Below, piece after piece: positions 27,860-39,461 of a stretch of 64,000 bases of DNA (position 1 is its first letter; the number at the start of each line of letters is the position of its first letter). The stretch is from Christensenellales bacterium (GTDB lineage Bacteria; Bacillota; Clostridia; Christensenellales; JBMNTQ01), in contig JBMNTR010000001.1 of the NCBI GenBank assembly GCA_050945835.1, positions 9,384-73,383 on the forward strand, in the 5' to 3' direction. A model generated the notes under the pieces. It made no database searches and was not told the DNA's origin. It saw only the letters and a program-made list of their open reading frames with translations. Made by a program: the position numbers and the translations under genes.

Positions 27860-29026
27860 TCATACATATGGATTCTCCACACATACGACAGCAAAACAGG
27901 GGGTTTCGAAATCGGATAGTTTCTCGTTGATCAGCTTCACAAGCTCTTTCGCGTTCATATGGAAATCGTGGGGCACCACCAGATCGAATATGAGCTTGGT
28001 ATGCTTAGGGCCGGCTGTCATTCTGAAATCGTGTATGCTGAGCACAGGATCGATGGATTGCACAGCCCGCAGCGTTTTTTGGAGCATCCGGCTGGTCTGT
28101 GTGTCATCCATGACAAGAGGATCCAGATGGATCACGGCGCTGCAGTCGTATTTGTCATTCAGCTCGTGTTCGATATGGTCGATCACGTCGTGCAGCAGCA
28201 GCAGATCCGAGCTGCTGTCCGCTTCCGCGTGCAGGGAAACCATGCGGAAACTGGGCCCGTAGTTGTGCACGATGATTTCGTGAACGCCCAGGATTTCGTC
28301 ATGCGCCAGCACGGTCTGTTCAATGCTGTGCACAAGCGCTTCACTCGGCGCACCGCCTAAGAGATGGTGGAATGTGTCGCGGGCGGTGGTAAAACCGGTG
28401 TAGAGTATGAATAGAGACACCACCACGCCCAGGTATCCGTCCACCATCCAGCCCGTGTAATGCCCGATGAGCATGCCGGCCACCACCACCACGGTGGCGG
28501 CGGCGTCGCTCAGGCTGTCCAGTGCGGTCGCTTTAAGTGCGTCGGACTGTATGCGCTTGCAAAGGAAGCGGTTGTAAGCATACATATACAGCTTGACGAA
28601 TATGGATGCAAGCAGTATGCAAAAAGGCAGCAGATTGAACGCGACGGCCTCGGGCGTGAGGATCTTTTCGATGGAGGAGCGGATCAATTCGATGCCCATC
28701 AGCATGATGATGAGGGATACGGCAAAGCCTGCGATGTATTCCACACGGCCGTGGCCGAAGGGGTGTTGTGTGTCCGCTTTTTTGCCTGCCATCTTGAAGC
28801 CCGCCAGCATGATCACAGAGGAGCCTGCATCGGAGAGGTTGTTGATGGCGTCGCCTGTGATGGCCACGGAGCGGCTGATCAGTCCCGCCGTCAACTTCGC
28901 TGCGAACAAAAGCAGGTTTAACACGATACCCAATACGCCGCTCAACACGCCATAGCGCCTGCGCACGCTTGCGTCGTTCGTATCGTGGGCGTTTTTGATC
29001 AATTTTCGTATGAGGAAGCGGATCAT
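27860..29026 (-). CDS. Cation diffusion facilitator (CDF) family metal efflux transporter
   Basis: 388 aa. It has the typical N-terminus and TM domain (…AAKLTAGLISRSVAITGDAINNLSDAGSS…HPFGHGRVEY…) and a C-terminal cytoplasmic domain. Confidence 0.85.
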   Translation of the reverse strand: MIRFLIRKLIKNAHDTNDASVRRRYGVLSGVLGIVLNLLLFAAKLTAGLISRSVAITGDAINNLSDAGSSVIMLAGFKMAGKKADTQHPFGHGRVEYIAGFAVSLIIMLMGIELIRSSIEKILTPEAVAFNLLPFCILLASIFVKLYMYAYNRFLCKRIQSDALKATALDSLSDAAATVVVVAGMLIGHYTGWMVDGYLGVVVSLFILYTGFTTARDTFHHLLGGAPSEALVHSIEQTVLAHDEILGVHEIIVHNYGPSFRMVSLHAEADSSSDLLLLHDVIDHIEHELNDKYDCSAVIHLDPLVMDDTQTSRMLQKTLRAVQSIDPVLSIHDFRMTAGPKHTKLIFDLVVPHDFHMNAKELVKLINEKLSDFETPCFAVVCVENPYV

Positions 29027-29279
29027 TTGTTTGATATACTCCTTTCAGGCGGCGGGCGGCCGTGCTTTTTCGGATGATTTCATCTTATCCGAAGCAGACG
29101 CTCTTTTCAACGGCGCGGCAGCCGGCTTTTCATAAAATAGGTTGGTAATTGCTGTATGGTTGGTGTATAATACTAAGAATATACGAACCAGCTGCCTGTT
29201 TGATGACACAGACGGATTGATTATGTGTGCCGATTTCAGGCTGCAAGCTGACATTTCAAGTCCTTTGAAGGAGGAAACC

Positions 29280-30833
29280 ATGCAATCAACACAGGAAAAT
29301 CAAAAGATGAAGGAAAGCGCGCATCTTTTATTGATCTACCCGGATTTTATTGAAGACGAAGCGACGAAGCACGGGTTGGGAAACTACTCGGAAGGTCTGG
29401 CTTCCATCTCCGCCGTTTTGAAGCAGGGCGGGCATCGTGTTTCGCTGATGCACTTGACATACATGCCCAGCCGTGAGGAATACACAGAAAAACTTCGATC
29501 CTACGGCGAGGTGGATGTGATCGGATTTTCCGTGCGCACCACGGCTTTTAAAGACGTGCGCTATCTCGCGGAATGGACAAAGGAAGCCAGCAGCGCTGTT
29601 ACGGTGGCAGGCGGCTACCATGCGATACTCGTGCCTAACGACGTGCTGGCGCTTAACGGCATGGACGCCGTGGCCGTGGGCGAGGGCGAGGAGCCGCTGC
29701 TCAAGCTGTGCGACGGGCTGTGCAACAACGGGGAAGTGGATTATTCCATCGAGAGTATGTGGTTTAAACGCGATGGCGAGATCGTCAAAAACCCGGTGGC
29801 GCCGCTGATACAGGATCTCGATCTGCTGCCCTTTCCCGATTACGATCTGTTCGATTTCGACAACTTAGCCGCCACCAAGATGGACACGGCGCTGGTGATG
29901 GTTTCGCGGGGCTGCGTGTTCAGATGCACTTACTGCGGCAATTCGCAGTTTCGAAATATCTATCCCAACAAGGCGAAATACGCGCGCTTCAGAAGCCCGG
30001 AAAAAGCGATCGAGCTGGTCAAACGGCTGCTTGAAAAGCACCCCGGGATGCAATTTATCAACTTCAGAGACGCGATTATCAACATGTTTCCCAAATGGTT
30101 TGAGGAATTCATCGTGCGCTACCGCGATGAGATCGGGCTGCCCTTCACCTGTAACCTCCGGTTTGATATATTGACGGAAGAGCATGTGAAGCTTTTAAAG
30201 GAAGCGGGCTGCTATATGATCGACGTGGGTGTGGAATCGGGCGACGAGGAGATCCGCAAAAAATACTTGGAGCGCAACATGACGGACGAGCAGATGATCA
30301 ACTCCTGCAAATGGTTCCGCAAATACGGCATTCTGACACTCACCTACAACATCGTTGGCTTGCCCTATGAGACGCTTGAGAGAGCGCTGAAGACGGTAAA
30401 GCTCAATGCGAAGCTGGAAGCAGACAGAAAAATACCCAATATCTTCTACCCATACCCGGAAACGAAGCTGGCTAAGATCGCCATAGACGGCGGCTTTTTC
30501 GACGGCGACTACAGCGTCAAGCGCCGGGTGATGCTCGATCAGCCGGATTTCCCGGAGAGGGATGTGCTCTACATCTTCTGGCGCTTTCCCAAGCTGGTGG
30601 AAAAATATAAGAGAATCTACGCGCTGCCCGAAGAAAAGGCGAAGCGGCGGGAAGCGAAGCTGGACAAGCGCATCTTAAGCCCGTGGTATCCGCGCGGGCT
30701 CATTGGGGAGTTCACGCGTTTTGAAGACTGGGCCTACAGGAGCCTGCGCCAGAGCGTGCTCCATCTGACACCGGGGCTGTATAAATGGCTGCGCAACAAG
30801 AAAAACCGCATTCAAACGAATAAATCCAAATAA
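29280..30833 (+). CDS. B12-binding-domain radical SAM protein (class B)
   Basis: ATG at 29280 lies 5 nt after GAAGGAGG. N-terminal cobalamin-binding-like domain (LLIYPDF…VIGFSVRT…). Radical SAM motif SRGCVFRCTYCG (CX3CX2C). Confidence 0.8.
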   Translation: MQSTQENQKMKESAHLLLIYPDFIEDEATKHGLGNYSEGLASISAVLKQGGHRVSLMHLTYMPSREEYTEKLRSYGEVDVIGFSVRTTAFKDVRYLAEWTKEASSAVTVAGGYHAILVPNDVLALNGMDAVAVGEGEEPLLKLCDGLCNNGEVDYSIESMWFKRDGEIVKNPVAPLIQDLDLLPFPDYDLFDFDNLAATKMDTALVMVSRGCVFRCTYCGNSQFRNIYPNKAKYARFRSPEKAIELVKRLLEKHPGMQFINFRDAIINMFPKWFEEFIVRYRDEIGLPFTCNLRFDILTEEHVKLLKEAGCYMIDVGVESGDEEIRKKYLERNMTDEQMINSCKWFRKYGILTLTYNIVGLPYETLERALKTVKLNAKLEADRKIPNIFYPYPETKLAKIAIDGGFFDGDYSVKRRVMLDQPDFPERDVLYIFWRFPKLVEKYKRIYALPEEKAKRREAKLDKRILSPWYPRGLIGEFTRFEDWAYRSLRQSVLHLTPGLYKWLRNKKNRIQTNKSK

Positions 30834-30851
30834 GCGGCGGCGTAATATAAA

Positions 30852-30886
30852 ATACAAACAGCCTGATCATCACAGGCTGTTTGTAT
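30852..30886 (+). terminator. Terminator after the radical SAM gene
   Basis: 14-bp stem ATACAAACAGCCTG/CAGGCTGTTTGTAT with a weak T tail. Confidence 0.65.
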
Positions 30887-31449
30887 ATAATGGAGAAATC
30901 TTATATGTATGTAAACCCTTTGTGTCGCGCCGGTATACGTTATAGGAGGGGGCTGGCGCGATGCAAAGGAGGGAGGGCGCATTTGGGATGGTAGGCCCCG
31001 GCGGTCCTTTGTTGGGGAAGGACGGCCGAAGCCCGCCACATAGTTTCATTTTATTCAGGAGTCGTTTGGTTTGGATTGCATTCGTTTAGGATAAAATTTA
31101 ATTATGTTTGTTGGGATTTGTCCTCCTTTCTTAGTTCGTATCATATCGATGAAATATGTCGGCAATTTGTCATACAATTGACAAAACCGGTAAACATTGT
31201 AAGAAAACCATGTCAAACAGGGACGCTGTCTGCAAGCGCTGTAAAGAGAAGTGCCGAAGCACAGACGAATATTCGCAGAGGAATGCGGCCGCTTTTGAAT
31301 GAATTGGCGAATTAAGCATTCCAAACGGCGAAATTTGTGGTATGATTTAGGAAGGCTTTTTGGGGCGGGGGCGAAAGGCGGTATGTACTACGAGGCTCCG
31401 GCTTTGAATATAGCTCTATCATGAAAGAAACTCATTAAGGTGGAATAGA

Positions 31450-32481
31450 ATGGATATTATTGTTTTAGCAGGCGGCATCAGCACAGAAAGAGATGTATCG
31501 CTTTCCTCGGGTGCGCTGGTATGCCAGGCGCTGCGTGAAGCGGGGCACCGCGCGGCGATGGTGGATCTCTTCTTGGGCTCACAGAGTACGGATCTCAATG
31601 AATTGTATCTTCACGCGCCGAAGGAGTATCCCGTCTCGATCAAAGATGAAGCGCCTGATATCATCGGCATCAGGCAGTCCAGAGGGTACAGCCCCATGGG
31701 GGATATCGGACCGAATGTGATTGCGCTGTGCCGCCAAGCGGATGTCGTATATCTGGGACTTCACGGTGAAGACGGGGAAAACGGCAGGCTGCAGGCTGTT
31801 TTGGATATGGTGGGCGTGACCTATACGGGTACGGGGTATTTAGGAAGCGCACTCGCCATGAACAAGGGGCTGAGCAAGCAGATGCTGATGGCAAAAGGGC
31901 TGCCGACGCCATTAGGGCGCGCATTTAACCGCTATGATTATAAGCAGGGGCTGCACGAGGTGGAGCTGCCCTGCGTTGTCAAGCCGTGCTGCGGCGGCTC
32001 CAGCATAGGCGTTTCCATCGTGCACGATGAGCAGGCGTTGCTGAGTGCGCTCAAGCATGCGTTTGACTATGAGGACGAAGTGGTGGTGGAGACGTATATA
32101 AAGGGCCGGGAGTTTTCTGTGGGTATACTCAACGGTGTTGCTTTGCCCGTGATCGAGATCATTCCCAAGACGGGCTTCTATGATTACGCGAATAAATACC
32201 AGCCGGGCGCCACGCAGGAGATCTGCCCGGCAGAGCTGGATGAACAGACGGCGCTCGCCATGCAGCAGACGGCGAAAGAAGTGTTCAATACGCTCAGGCT
32301 GGAGGTCTATGCGCGGATTGATTTCATGCTGGACGCACATGGACAACACTATTGCCTGGAAGCGAACACGCTGCCCGGCATGACGCCCACCAGCCTGTTG
32401 CCGCAGGAGGCGGCGCAGGCGGGGCTGTCCTATGTGGCGCTGTGTGAAAGCATTGTGGAGTCGTCTTTGAATAAAGGATAA
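31450..32481 (+). CDS. ddl: D-alanine--D-alanine ligase
   Basis: 343 aa. ATP-grasp fold with Ddl-typical N-terminus (LAGGISTERDVSLSSG) and C-terminus (LEANTLPGMT). Confidence 0.9.
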   Translation: MDIIVLAGGISTERDVSLSSGALVCQALREAGHRAAMVDLFLGSQSTDLNELYLHAPKEYPVSIKDEAPDIIGIRQSRGYSPMGDIGPNVIALCRQADVVYLGLHGEDGENGRLQAVLDMVGVTYTGTGYLGSALAMNKGLSKQMLMAKGLPTPLGRAFNRYDYKQGLHEVELPCVVKPCCGGSSIGVSIVHDEQALLSALKHAFDYEDEVVVETYIKGREFSVGILNGVALPVIEIIPKTGFYDYANKYQPGATQEICPAELDEQTALAMQQTAKEVFNTLRLEVYARIDFMLDAHGQHYCLEANTLPGMTPTSLLPQEAAQAGLSYVALCESIVESSLNKG

Positions 32482-32491
32482 GGAGAAGCGG

Positions 32492-33865
<1,374 letters not shown>

Positions 33866-33922
33866 CCATGAAGGGATTGTGTTGAGCAAGGCCCTGCGAA
33901 AGAAAGATCTAATCGTGAAGTG

Positions 33923-33947
33923 CAGGAGGCGTATGCCTCCTGTTTTG
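33923..33947 (+). terminator. Rho-independent terminator after murF
   Basis: CAGGAGGC-GTAT-GCCTCCTG followed by TTTT. Confidence 0.85.
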
Positions 33948-33966
33948 ATCATAAGCGTGGTGAGGG

Positions 33967-33990
33967 CCGCCCTTGAACGAAGGGCGGTTT
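33967..33990 (+). terminator. Second tandem terminator after murF
   Basis: CCGCCCTT-GAACG-AAGGGCGG followed by TTT. Confidence 0.6.
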
Positions 33991-34070
33991 CGATATATGG
34001 GCGGGTTTTTATGGATAATTGGCAAGCTTTATTGTATAATTAGTTATCTGAGCCACTATATGGCAAATAG

Positions 34071-34979
34071 ATGACAAAGGATGGAAAGACTTTGAAGATC
34101 AAAAAAGCAGTCATACCGGCGGCCGGGTTGGGTACGCGGTTTTTGCCCGCAACCAAGGCGCAGCCCAAGGAGATGCTGCCCATCGTGGACAAGCCCACCA
34201 TACAATACATCGTGGAAGAAGCGATCGCTTCGGGCATCGAGGAGATTCTCATCATCACAGGCAGGAGCAAACGCGCGGTGGAAGACCATTTCGACGAATC
34301 GCCTGAGCTGGTGATGGAGCTCAAGAATAAAAACAAGCCGGATCTTCTGCGCATCGTGGAGGATATCTCCAACATGGCGGAAATATTCTACATACGCCAA
34401 AAGCAGGCGAAGGGGCTGGGCCATGCCGTGTATTGTGCGAAGACATTCGTGGGCAACGAGCCGTTTGCCATCATGCTGGGCGACGACATCGTCCACTCCC
34501 AAAAGCCCGCATTGCAGCAGTTGATGGAAGTGTATGAGCGATATGATGCGAGTGTGCTCGGCGTGCAGCGTGTACCCCTTTCGCAGACCGACAAGTACGG
34601 CATCGTAAGCTACAGCCAACAGACGGCGCAAAACGTATTCCGTGTGCACGATCTGGTGGAAAAACCGGCGCAAAACCCGCCTTCCGACATGGCGATCATG
34701 GGGCGTTACATCGTCACGCCGCAGATATTCTCAGTGCTGGAACACACGAGCGCGGGCCATTCGGGTGAAATACAGCTTACGGATGCGCTGCGCGGGCTGT
34801 TGCAAAAAGAGCCGATCTACGCCTGTGTGTTCGAAGGCAGGCGTTATGATGTGGGAGACCGCATAGGATTTTTGCGTGCTACGGTGGAATTCGCTCTCAG
34901 AAGGGAAGACTTAAAAGAGGAATTCGCCGATTATTTAAAAAAATTGGATCTGAATGCTTTAAAGGAGAAGGAATCATGA
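34071..34979 (+). CDS. galU: UTP--glucose-1-phosphate uridylyltransferase
   Basis: 302 aa with KAVIPAAGLGTRFLPATKAQPKEMLPIVDKPTIQYIVEE. Confidence 0.9.
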   Translation: MTKDGKTLKIKKAVIPAAGLGTRFLPATKAQPKEMLPIVDKPTIQYIVEEAIASGIEEILIITGRSKRAVEDHFDESPELVMELKNKNKPDLLRIVEDISNMAEIFYIRQKQAKGLGHAVYCAKTFVGNEPFAIMLGDDIVHSQKPALQQLMEVYERYDASVLGVQRVPLSQTDKYGIVSYSQQTAQNVFRVHDLVEKPAQNPPSDMAIMGRYIVTPQIFSVLEHTSAGHSGEIQLTDALRGLLQKEPIYACVFEGRRYDVGDRIGFLRATVEFALRREDLKEEFADYLKKLDLNALKEKES

Positions 34980-36217
34980 GTGTGATCAGGGATGCTTCGC
35001 TCGCAGCCGCGGGCCAGAAGAAAATCGATTGGGCAAAGAGCTACATGCCGCTGCTCAACGAGCTGGAGAAGGAATTTAAAAACACCAAGCCGCTTGCCGG
35101 CTTGAAAATCGCGCTTTCCATCCACTTGGAAGCGAAGACAGCATGCTTGTGCCTGCTGCTCAAGCAAGCGGGCGCCGAGGTGGCGTGCACCGGCTGCAAC
35201 CCGCTGTCCACGCAGGACGACGTGGCCGCCGCGCTGAGCACGCATGGCGTAGGGGTGTTTGCGTGGTACGGCGCCACCGAGGAGGAATACACAGCGCACT
35301 TAAGCCAAACACTGGACATAGGCCCCAACCTGATCGTGGATGACGGCGGGGATTTCATACAGCTTTTACACAGCACCAAGCAGCACCTGCTTGAAGATCT
35401 CATAGGGGGCAGTGAGGAAACGACCACCGGCGTGATGCGGCTGCGCAGCCGCATGCGGGACGGGAGCCTGCGCCTGCCCATGATGAGCGTAAACGACGCA
35501 AAATGCAAGCATCTGTTCGACAACCGCTACGGCACGGGGCAGTCCGTGTGGGATGCCATCATGCGCTCCACGAATCTGCTCATCGCGGGTAAAACCGTGG
35601 TGGTGGCGGGCTACGGATGGTGCTCCCGCGGCATCGCCCTGCGCGCCAAAGGCTTGGGGGCGCGGGTGGTGGTGTGCGAGGTGGACTCTGTTTCGGCGCT
35701 GGAAGCGGCTATGGACGGCTACGACGTGATGAGCATGGACGCGGCGTCGTGCGTGGGGGATGTGTTCGTCACGGCGACAGGCTGCCGGGATATCATACTG
35801 CGCAGGCACTTTGAAAAGATGAAGGACGGCGTGCTGCTCGCAAACGCGGGGCATTTCGACGTCGAGATCGATAAAGTCGCGCTCGAGGATATGGCGGTAT
35901 CCGTGCAGGAGCGCCGCACGAACATCATGGGCTACACCTTAAAAGATGGGCGCACCCTGAACCTGATGGCAGAAGGCCGGCTGGTCAATCTGGCCGCGGG
36001 CGACGGGCATCCGGTGGAGATCATGGACATGAGCTTCGCCATACAGGCGTTGTGCGCCTGTTATCTGGCACAGCACCGTGATCTGCCTGTGGGTGTTTAT
36101 GAAGTACCCCGGGAAATCGACGAGCGGGTGGCGCGCTTAAAGCTCAAGACCATGGGCATCCATATCGACGCATTGACGCCATATCAGTCGGACTATCTCG
36201 ATTCGAGCGGGGAGTGA
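34976..36217 (+). CDS. ahcY: Adenosylhomocysteinase family protein, short form (SAH or S-inosylhomocysteine hydrolase)
   Basis: 413 aa. AhcY-typical N-terminus and NAD domain (VVVAGYGWCSRGIA). The start overlaps the galU stop (ATGA). Confidence 0.85.
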   Translation: MSVIRDASLAAAGQKKIDWAKSYMPLLNELEKEFKNTKPLAGLKIALSIHLEAKTACLCLLLKQAGAEVACTGCNPLSTQDDVAAALSTHGVGVFAWYGATEEEYTAHLSQTLDIGPNLIVDDGGDFIQLLHSTKQHLLEDLIGGSEETTTGVMRLRSRMRDGSLRLPMMSVNDAKCKHLFDNRYGTGQSVWDAIMRSTNLLIAGKTVVVAGYGWCSRGIALRAKGLGARVVVCEVDSVSALEAAMDGYDVMSMDAASCVGDVFVTATGCRDIILRRHFEKMKDGVLLANAGHFDVEIDKVALEDMAVSVQERRTNIMGYTLKDGRTLNLMAEGRLVNLAAGDGHPVEIMDMSFAIQALCACYLAQHRDLPVGVYEVPREIDERVARLKLKTMGIHIDALTPYQSDYLDSSGE

Positions 36218-36221
36218 CACC

Positions 36222-37502
36222 ATGCTATTCAAAAACGCAACCATCGTAACCATGAACGACGCGCAGCAAGTGCTGCATGATGCGTGTCTGTGGACGAAAG
36301 ACGAGCGCATCGCGTATATTGGGGATGAAGAGGGGCTGCCTATAGAGGCGCAGGCGGACGAATGGCGCGATGCTTCTGAAAAAGTGCTGCTGCCGGGGCT
36401 TGTGAACACACACAACCACGTAGCCATGACGCTATTTCGTGGACATGCGGATGATCTGACGCTGCATGAGTGGCTCACCGGCCGCATCTGGCCGATGGAA
36501 GAGAAGCTCAACGGCGAAGCCGCCTACGCGGGTACATTGCTGGGCTGCGCGGAGATGCTGCAAAACGGCGTCACCTGTTTTTCCGACATGTATTTCTTCA
36601 TGGAGGACGTGGCCAAGGCGGTGGAAGAATCGGGCATACGGGGTGTTTTAAGCTGGGCCGTGCTGGACAAGCCGGATATGATGGAGCGAATAAATATCAG
36701 CCGGGATTACCACCGGCGCTTCCACGGCTCGGCCGACGGGCGCATCACGGTGGCATTGGGCCCGCATGCCATCTACACCTGCAGCGCAAAGCTGCTCGAA
36801 CAGGTGGTGCGCACGGCGGAGGAGCTCGATGTCAAAATCCATATCCATATTTCAGAAACGCAGAAAGAAGTGGACGACTGTATGAAAGCGCACGGCTGCT
36901 CGCCGGTCGCTTATCTGGATGCTCTAGGCATCATCAGCCCGCGTACGCTGGCTGCGCACTGCGTGGTGCTGGACGCACAGGATATCGCGCTGATGGCGCA
37001 GCGGGGCGCACATGTGCTGCACTGCCCGAGCAGCAACTTAAAGCTGGGCAGCGGCATCGCGCCGGTGGCATCTATGCTGCGCGAAGGTGTGAACGTAACG
37101 CTGGGCACCGACGGAGCGGCCAGCAACAACAGGTTGGATGTGTTCTCGGAGATGCGCTTATCGGCGCTCCTGCAAAAGGGAATGACGGGCGACGCGTCCG
37201 TTTTAAGCGCGCAAACCGCGCTTGCAATGGCCACACGCAACGGCGCACGCGCGCTGGGCGTCGACGCGGGCCAGCTTGCGGCAGGCAGGCTTGCGGATGT
37301 GGTGATGGTGGATCTGGATGCACCTTATTATCACCCCAGGGCGGATGTGTACGCGAGCCTGGTATACGGCGGGTGCGCGCGGGATGTGGTGCTGACCATG
37401 GTAAATGGAAAAGTGCTCTATGAAAACGGCGAATTTTTATCGTTGGATATACAAGACGTGTATAAAACCTGCGGTGAGATCGCCCGAACCATTTGCGGTT
37501 AG
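36222..37502 (+). CDS. mtaD: 5'-methylthioadenosine/S-adenosylhomocysteine deaminase (amidohydrolase)
   Basis: 426 aa with LLPGLVNTHNHVAMTLFRG…HISE…GTDGAASNN. It starts 4 nt after ahcY. Confidence 0.8.
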   Translation: MLFKNATIVTMNDAQQVLHDACLWTKDERIAYIGDEEGLPIEAQADEWRDASEKVLLPGLVNTHNHVAMTLFRGHADDLTLHEWLTGRIWPMEEKLNGEAAYAGTLLGCAEMLQNGVTCFSDMYFFMEDVAKAVEESGIRGVLSWAVLDKPDMMERINISRDYHRRFHGSADGRITVALGPHAIYTCSAKLLEQVVRTAEELDVKIHIHISETQKEVDDCMKAHGCSPVAYLDALGIISPRTLAAHCVVLDAQDIALMAQRGAHVLHCPSSNLKLGSGIAPVASMLREGVNVTLGTDGAASNNRLDVFSEMRLSALLQKGMTGDASVLSAQTALAMATRNGARALGVDAGQLAAGRLADVVMVDLDAPYYHPRADVYASLVYGGCARDVVLTMVNGKVLYENGEFLSLDIQDVYKTCGEIARTICG

Positions 37503-37545
37503 CGCAAGGCCGCGAAGCCGGCTGAAACTGGGGGGGTGACTGCGT

Positions 37546-39330
37546 ATGGGCAAGCGAATTCTATGCATAGCGCTCATATTGCTGCTGGCGGCGGCTTTGT
37601 TTGCATGCCAACCGAACCCCGAGGCTCAGAGCAGCATGGATATGGGCATTGCGCCGGTCGATCCGGATTATTACACCTCCGCACAAATGCATTCCGGCGG
37701 TGTTGCGTCTGCCGAGGGCGTCAATGTCAAATCCGTCCTTTTGTCCCATGAGGAGGAAAACACCGCCATCCGCATCAGGTTTTTATACGGCAGCAAGTAC
37801 AGCGGTGTGGATGAGGCCATGATGGACTATGTACCGCAATACCGTGTGTATTGTCTGCCCAATCCGCATAGACTGGTGGTGGAGGTGCAGAATGTGGACT
37901 ACTGGGATTGGGAAAAAACACGGCAGGAAGCTCTGAAGATGCAACCACTTTACGGACTTTTTAATAAAATCCCCTATGAAACAGGGCCGTATACGCTGTT
38001 CTTCCAGCTGACAGAAGAGATGTCCTATCAGGTGGAAGAGCAGATGGACGAGTTGACCATCCGCCTGAAACCGCAGGGCAGGCAGTTGGCATCGCGGCAA
38101 TACTATGTGCTGTTGCAGGCGTATTATGAATATCAGGAGGGCAAGATACCCAGCGATTGGAATTTTACACCTACGCTGTGTGCGAATCTGGACACCAAAA
38201 CACTGATCTCTTCGCCCTTTGCTCAGGAACAGGACGCGCAAACGTTTATGCAGCGGGCGAGAGCAGACATGAAGGGCATCGTCGCCGAGGAGATGTTTTC
38301 TGTGGCCGCATTGGAGGAAGGGGCGCTTCCTGATGTGGATACGAAGGGCGATGCGGTGTCTAACAAGCCGGTCGTTTTGGTGAATGGCGAGGAACGGCAG
38401 CTGCCTGTGGATATGACGGACGGCACCTATCTGTGCTCGCTGCCTGCACAGCAGCAAATGCTGTTTTCCATTCCGGCAGGCGCGCGGGAGGATCATTTTG
38501 TGCGGCTGTGCATCATGGAGCCAAACGGCAAACGCAGTATGCTGGGTCAATACACCTTTTATCCCATACTGCAGGCCGAATATTCGCCGGATGGCAGCAA
38601 GCTTGCGCTGCTGGACATGGATCCAAGCGGTGTGTCCACGCTCTATTGCATCGATCTTTCCACCACCATCATAGAGGATCTGTCAGAAGCAGGGGGTTTT
38701 GTCCATACCAGCAGTTTTGCCTGGGCGGGCTCCGATGTTTTGTACTCCGTCAGCGGCACAGAGACTATGGATCTCGTGCGTATTGATTTTACGGCTTCCG
38801 AATCGGGGCGGTTTAAAACGTATCCGAGAGTGGAAACATCCCTAGGCACCATCGAGTACTATCACAACGAGCTTTACCTGCTGTCTACCAAGGCGGGGGG
38901 GACGGGCACGGTCTATGAAACGGATCTGTACGGAAAGGCCCAAAAACCGATTGCGGACGGCATTCTGTTCAAGGTGGGTGCGGGCGGCAATCTCGCCGTA
39001 TTGCAGCCGCTGGAGGGGCCATACAGGCTGATGATCTATAGCCTTGCGAGCGGCGATGGCGAGGTGGTGGCGTCTGATGTGCTCATTCCGGAGCTGAGAT
39101 GGTCGATGGACGGCAACACGCTCTATTATATGGGCAGAAGCGGAAACGCGCTCTACCCTTATACGCTGTATGCATACGATGTGGCGGGTAAATCCTCCAA
39201 GGCGATCTGTGACACCTATGTGAGCAGCTTCAACGTGACATCGCTGCCGGGGGTTTTGATGCTCATGGAATACGGCGCGCTGGACAGCCGGACGATGAGC
39301 ACCTACCGCCTGGACATACAGAACCTGTAA
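37546..39330 (+). CDS. Hypothetical lipoprotein with a C-terminal beta-propeller-like region
   Basis: 594 aa. Lipobox LFAC. C-terminal repeats resemble TolB/WD40-like modules (YSPDGSKLALLD…). Confidence 0.6.
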   Translation: MGKRILCIALILLLAAALFACQPNPEAQSSMDMGIAPVDPDYYTSAQMHSGGVASAEGVNVKSVLLSHEEENTAIRIRFLYGSKYSGVDEAMMDYVPQYRVYCLPNPHRLVVEVQNVDYWDWEKTRQEALKMQPLYGLFNKIPYETGPYTLFFQLTEEMSYQVEEQMDELTIRLKPQGRQLASRQYYVLLQAYYEYQEGKIPSDWNFTPTLCANLDTKTLISSPFAQEQDAQTFMQRARADMKGIVAEEMFSVAALEEGALPDVDTKGDAVSNKPVVLVNGEERQLPVDMTDGTYLCSLPAQQQMLFSIPAGAREDHFVRLCIMEPNGKRSMLGQYTFYPILQAEYSPDGSKLALLDMDPSGVSTLYCIDLSTTIIEDLSEAGGFVHTSSFAWAGSDVLYSVSGTETMDLVRIDFTASESGRFKTYPRVETSLGTIEYYHNELYLLSTKAGGTGTVYETDLYGKAQKPIADGILFKVGAGGNLAVLQPLEGPYRLMIYSLASGDGEVVASDVLIPELRWSMDGNTLYYMGRSGNALYPYTLYAYDVAGKSSKAICDTYVSSFNVTSLPGVLMLMEYGALDSRTMSTYRLDIQNL

Positions 39331-39461
39331 CGCTGCGACTCAAGTAAAGAAAACACGCCCCCCCGCGGCCGGTATGCCGAAAAAGGCGTGTCTTTTATTC
39401 CTGTATACGCAAGCAGCCGGTGTTTTGCTTTGGGCTGCCGCGTCCATCATAACGATCGCTT

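Noticed and set aside
31055-31324. 89-aa minus-strand ORF and 79-aa plus-strand ORF in the AT-rich gap upstream of ddl
   Set aside because: Neither has a convincing RBS. They overlap each other, have odd composition, and resemble no family I know. I kept this only as part of the non-coding-region finding.
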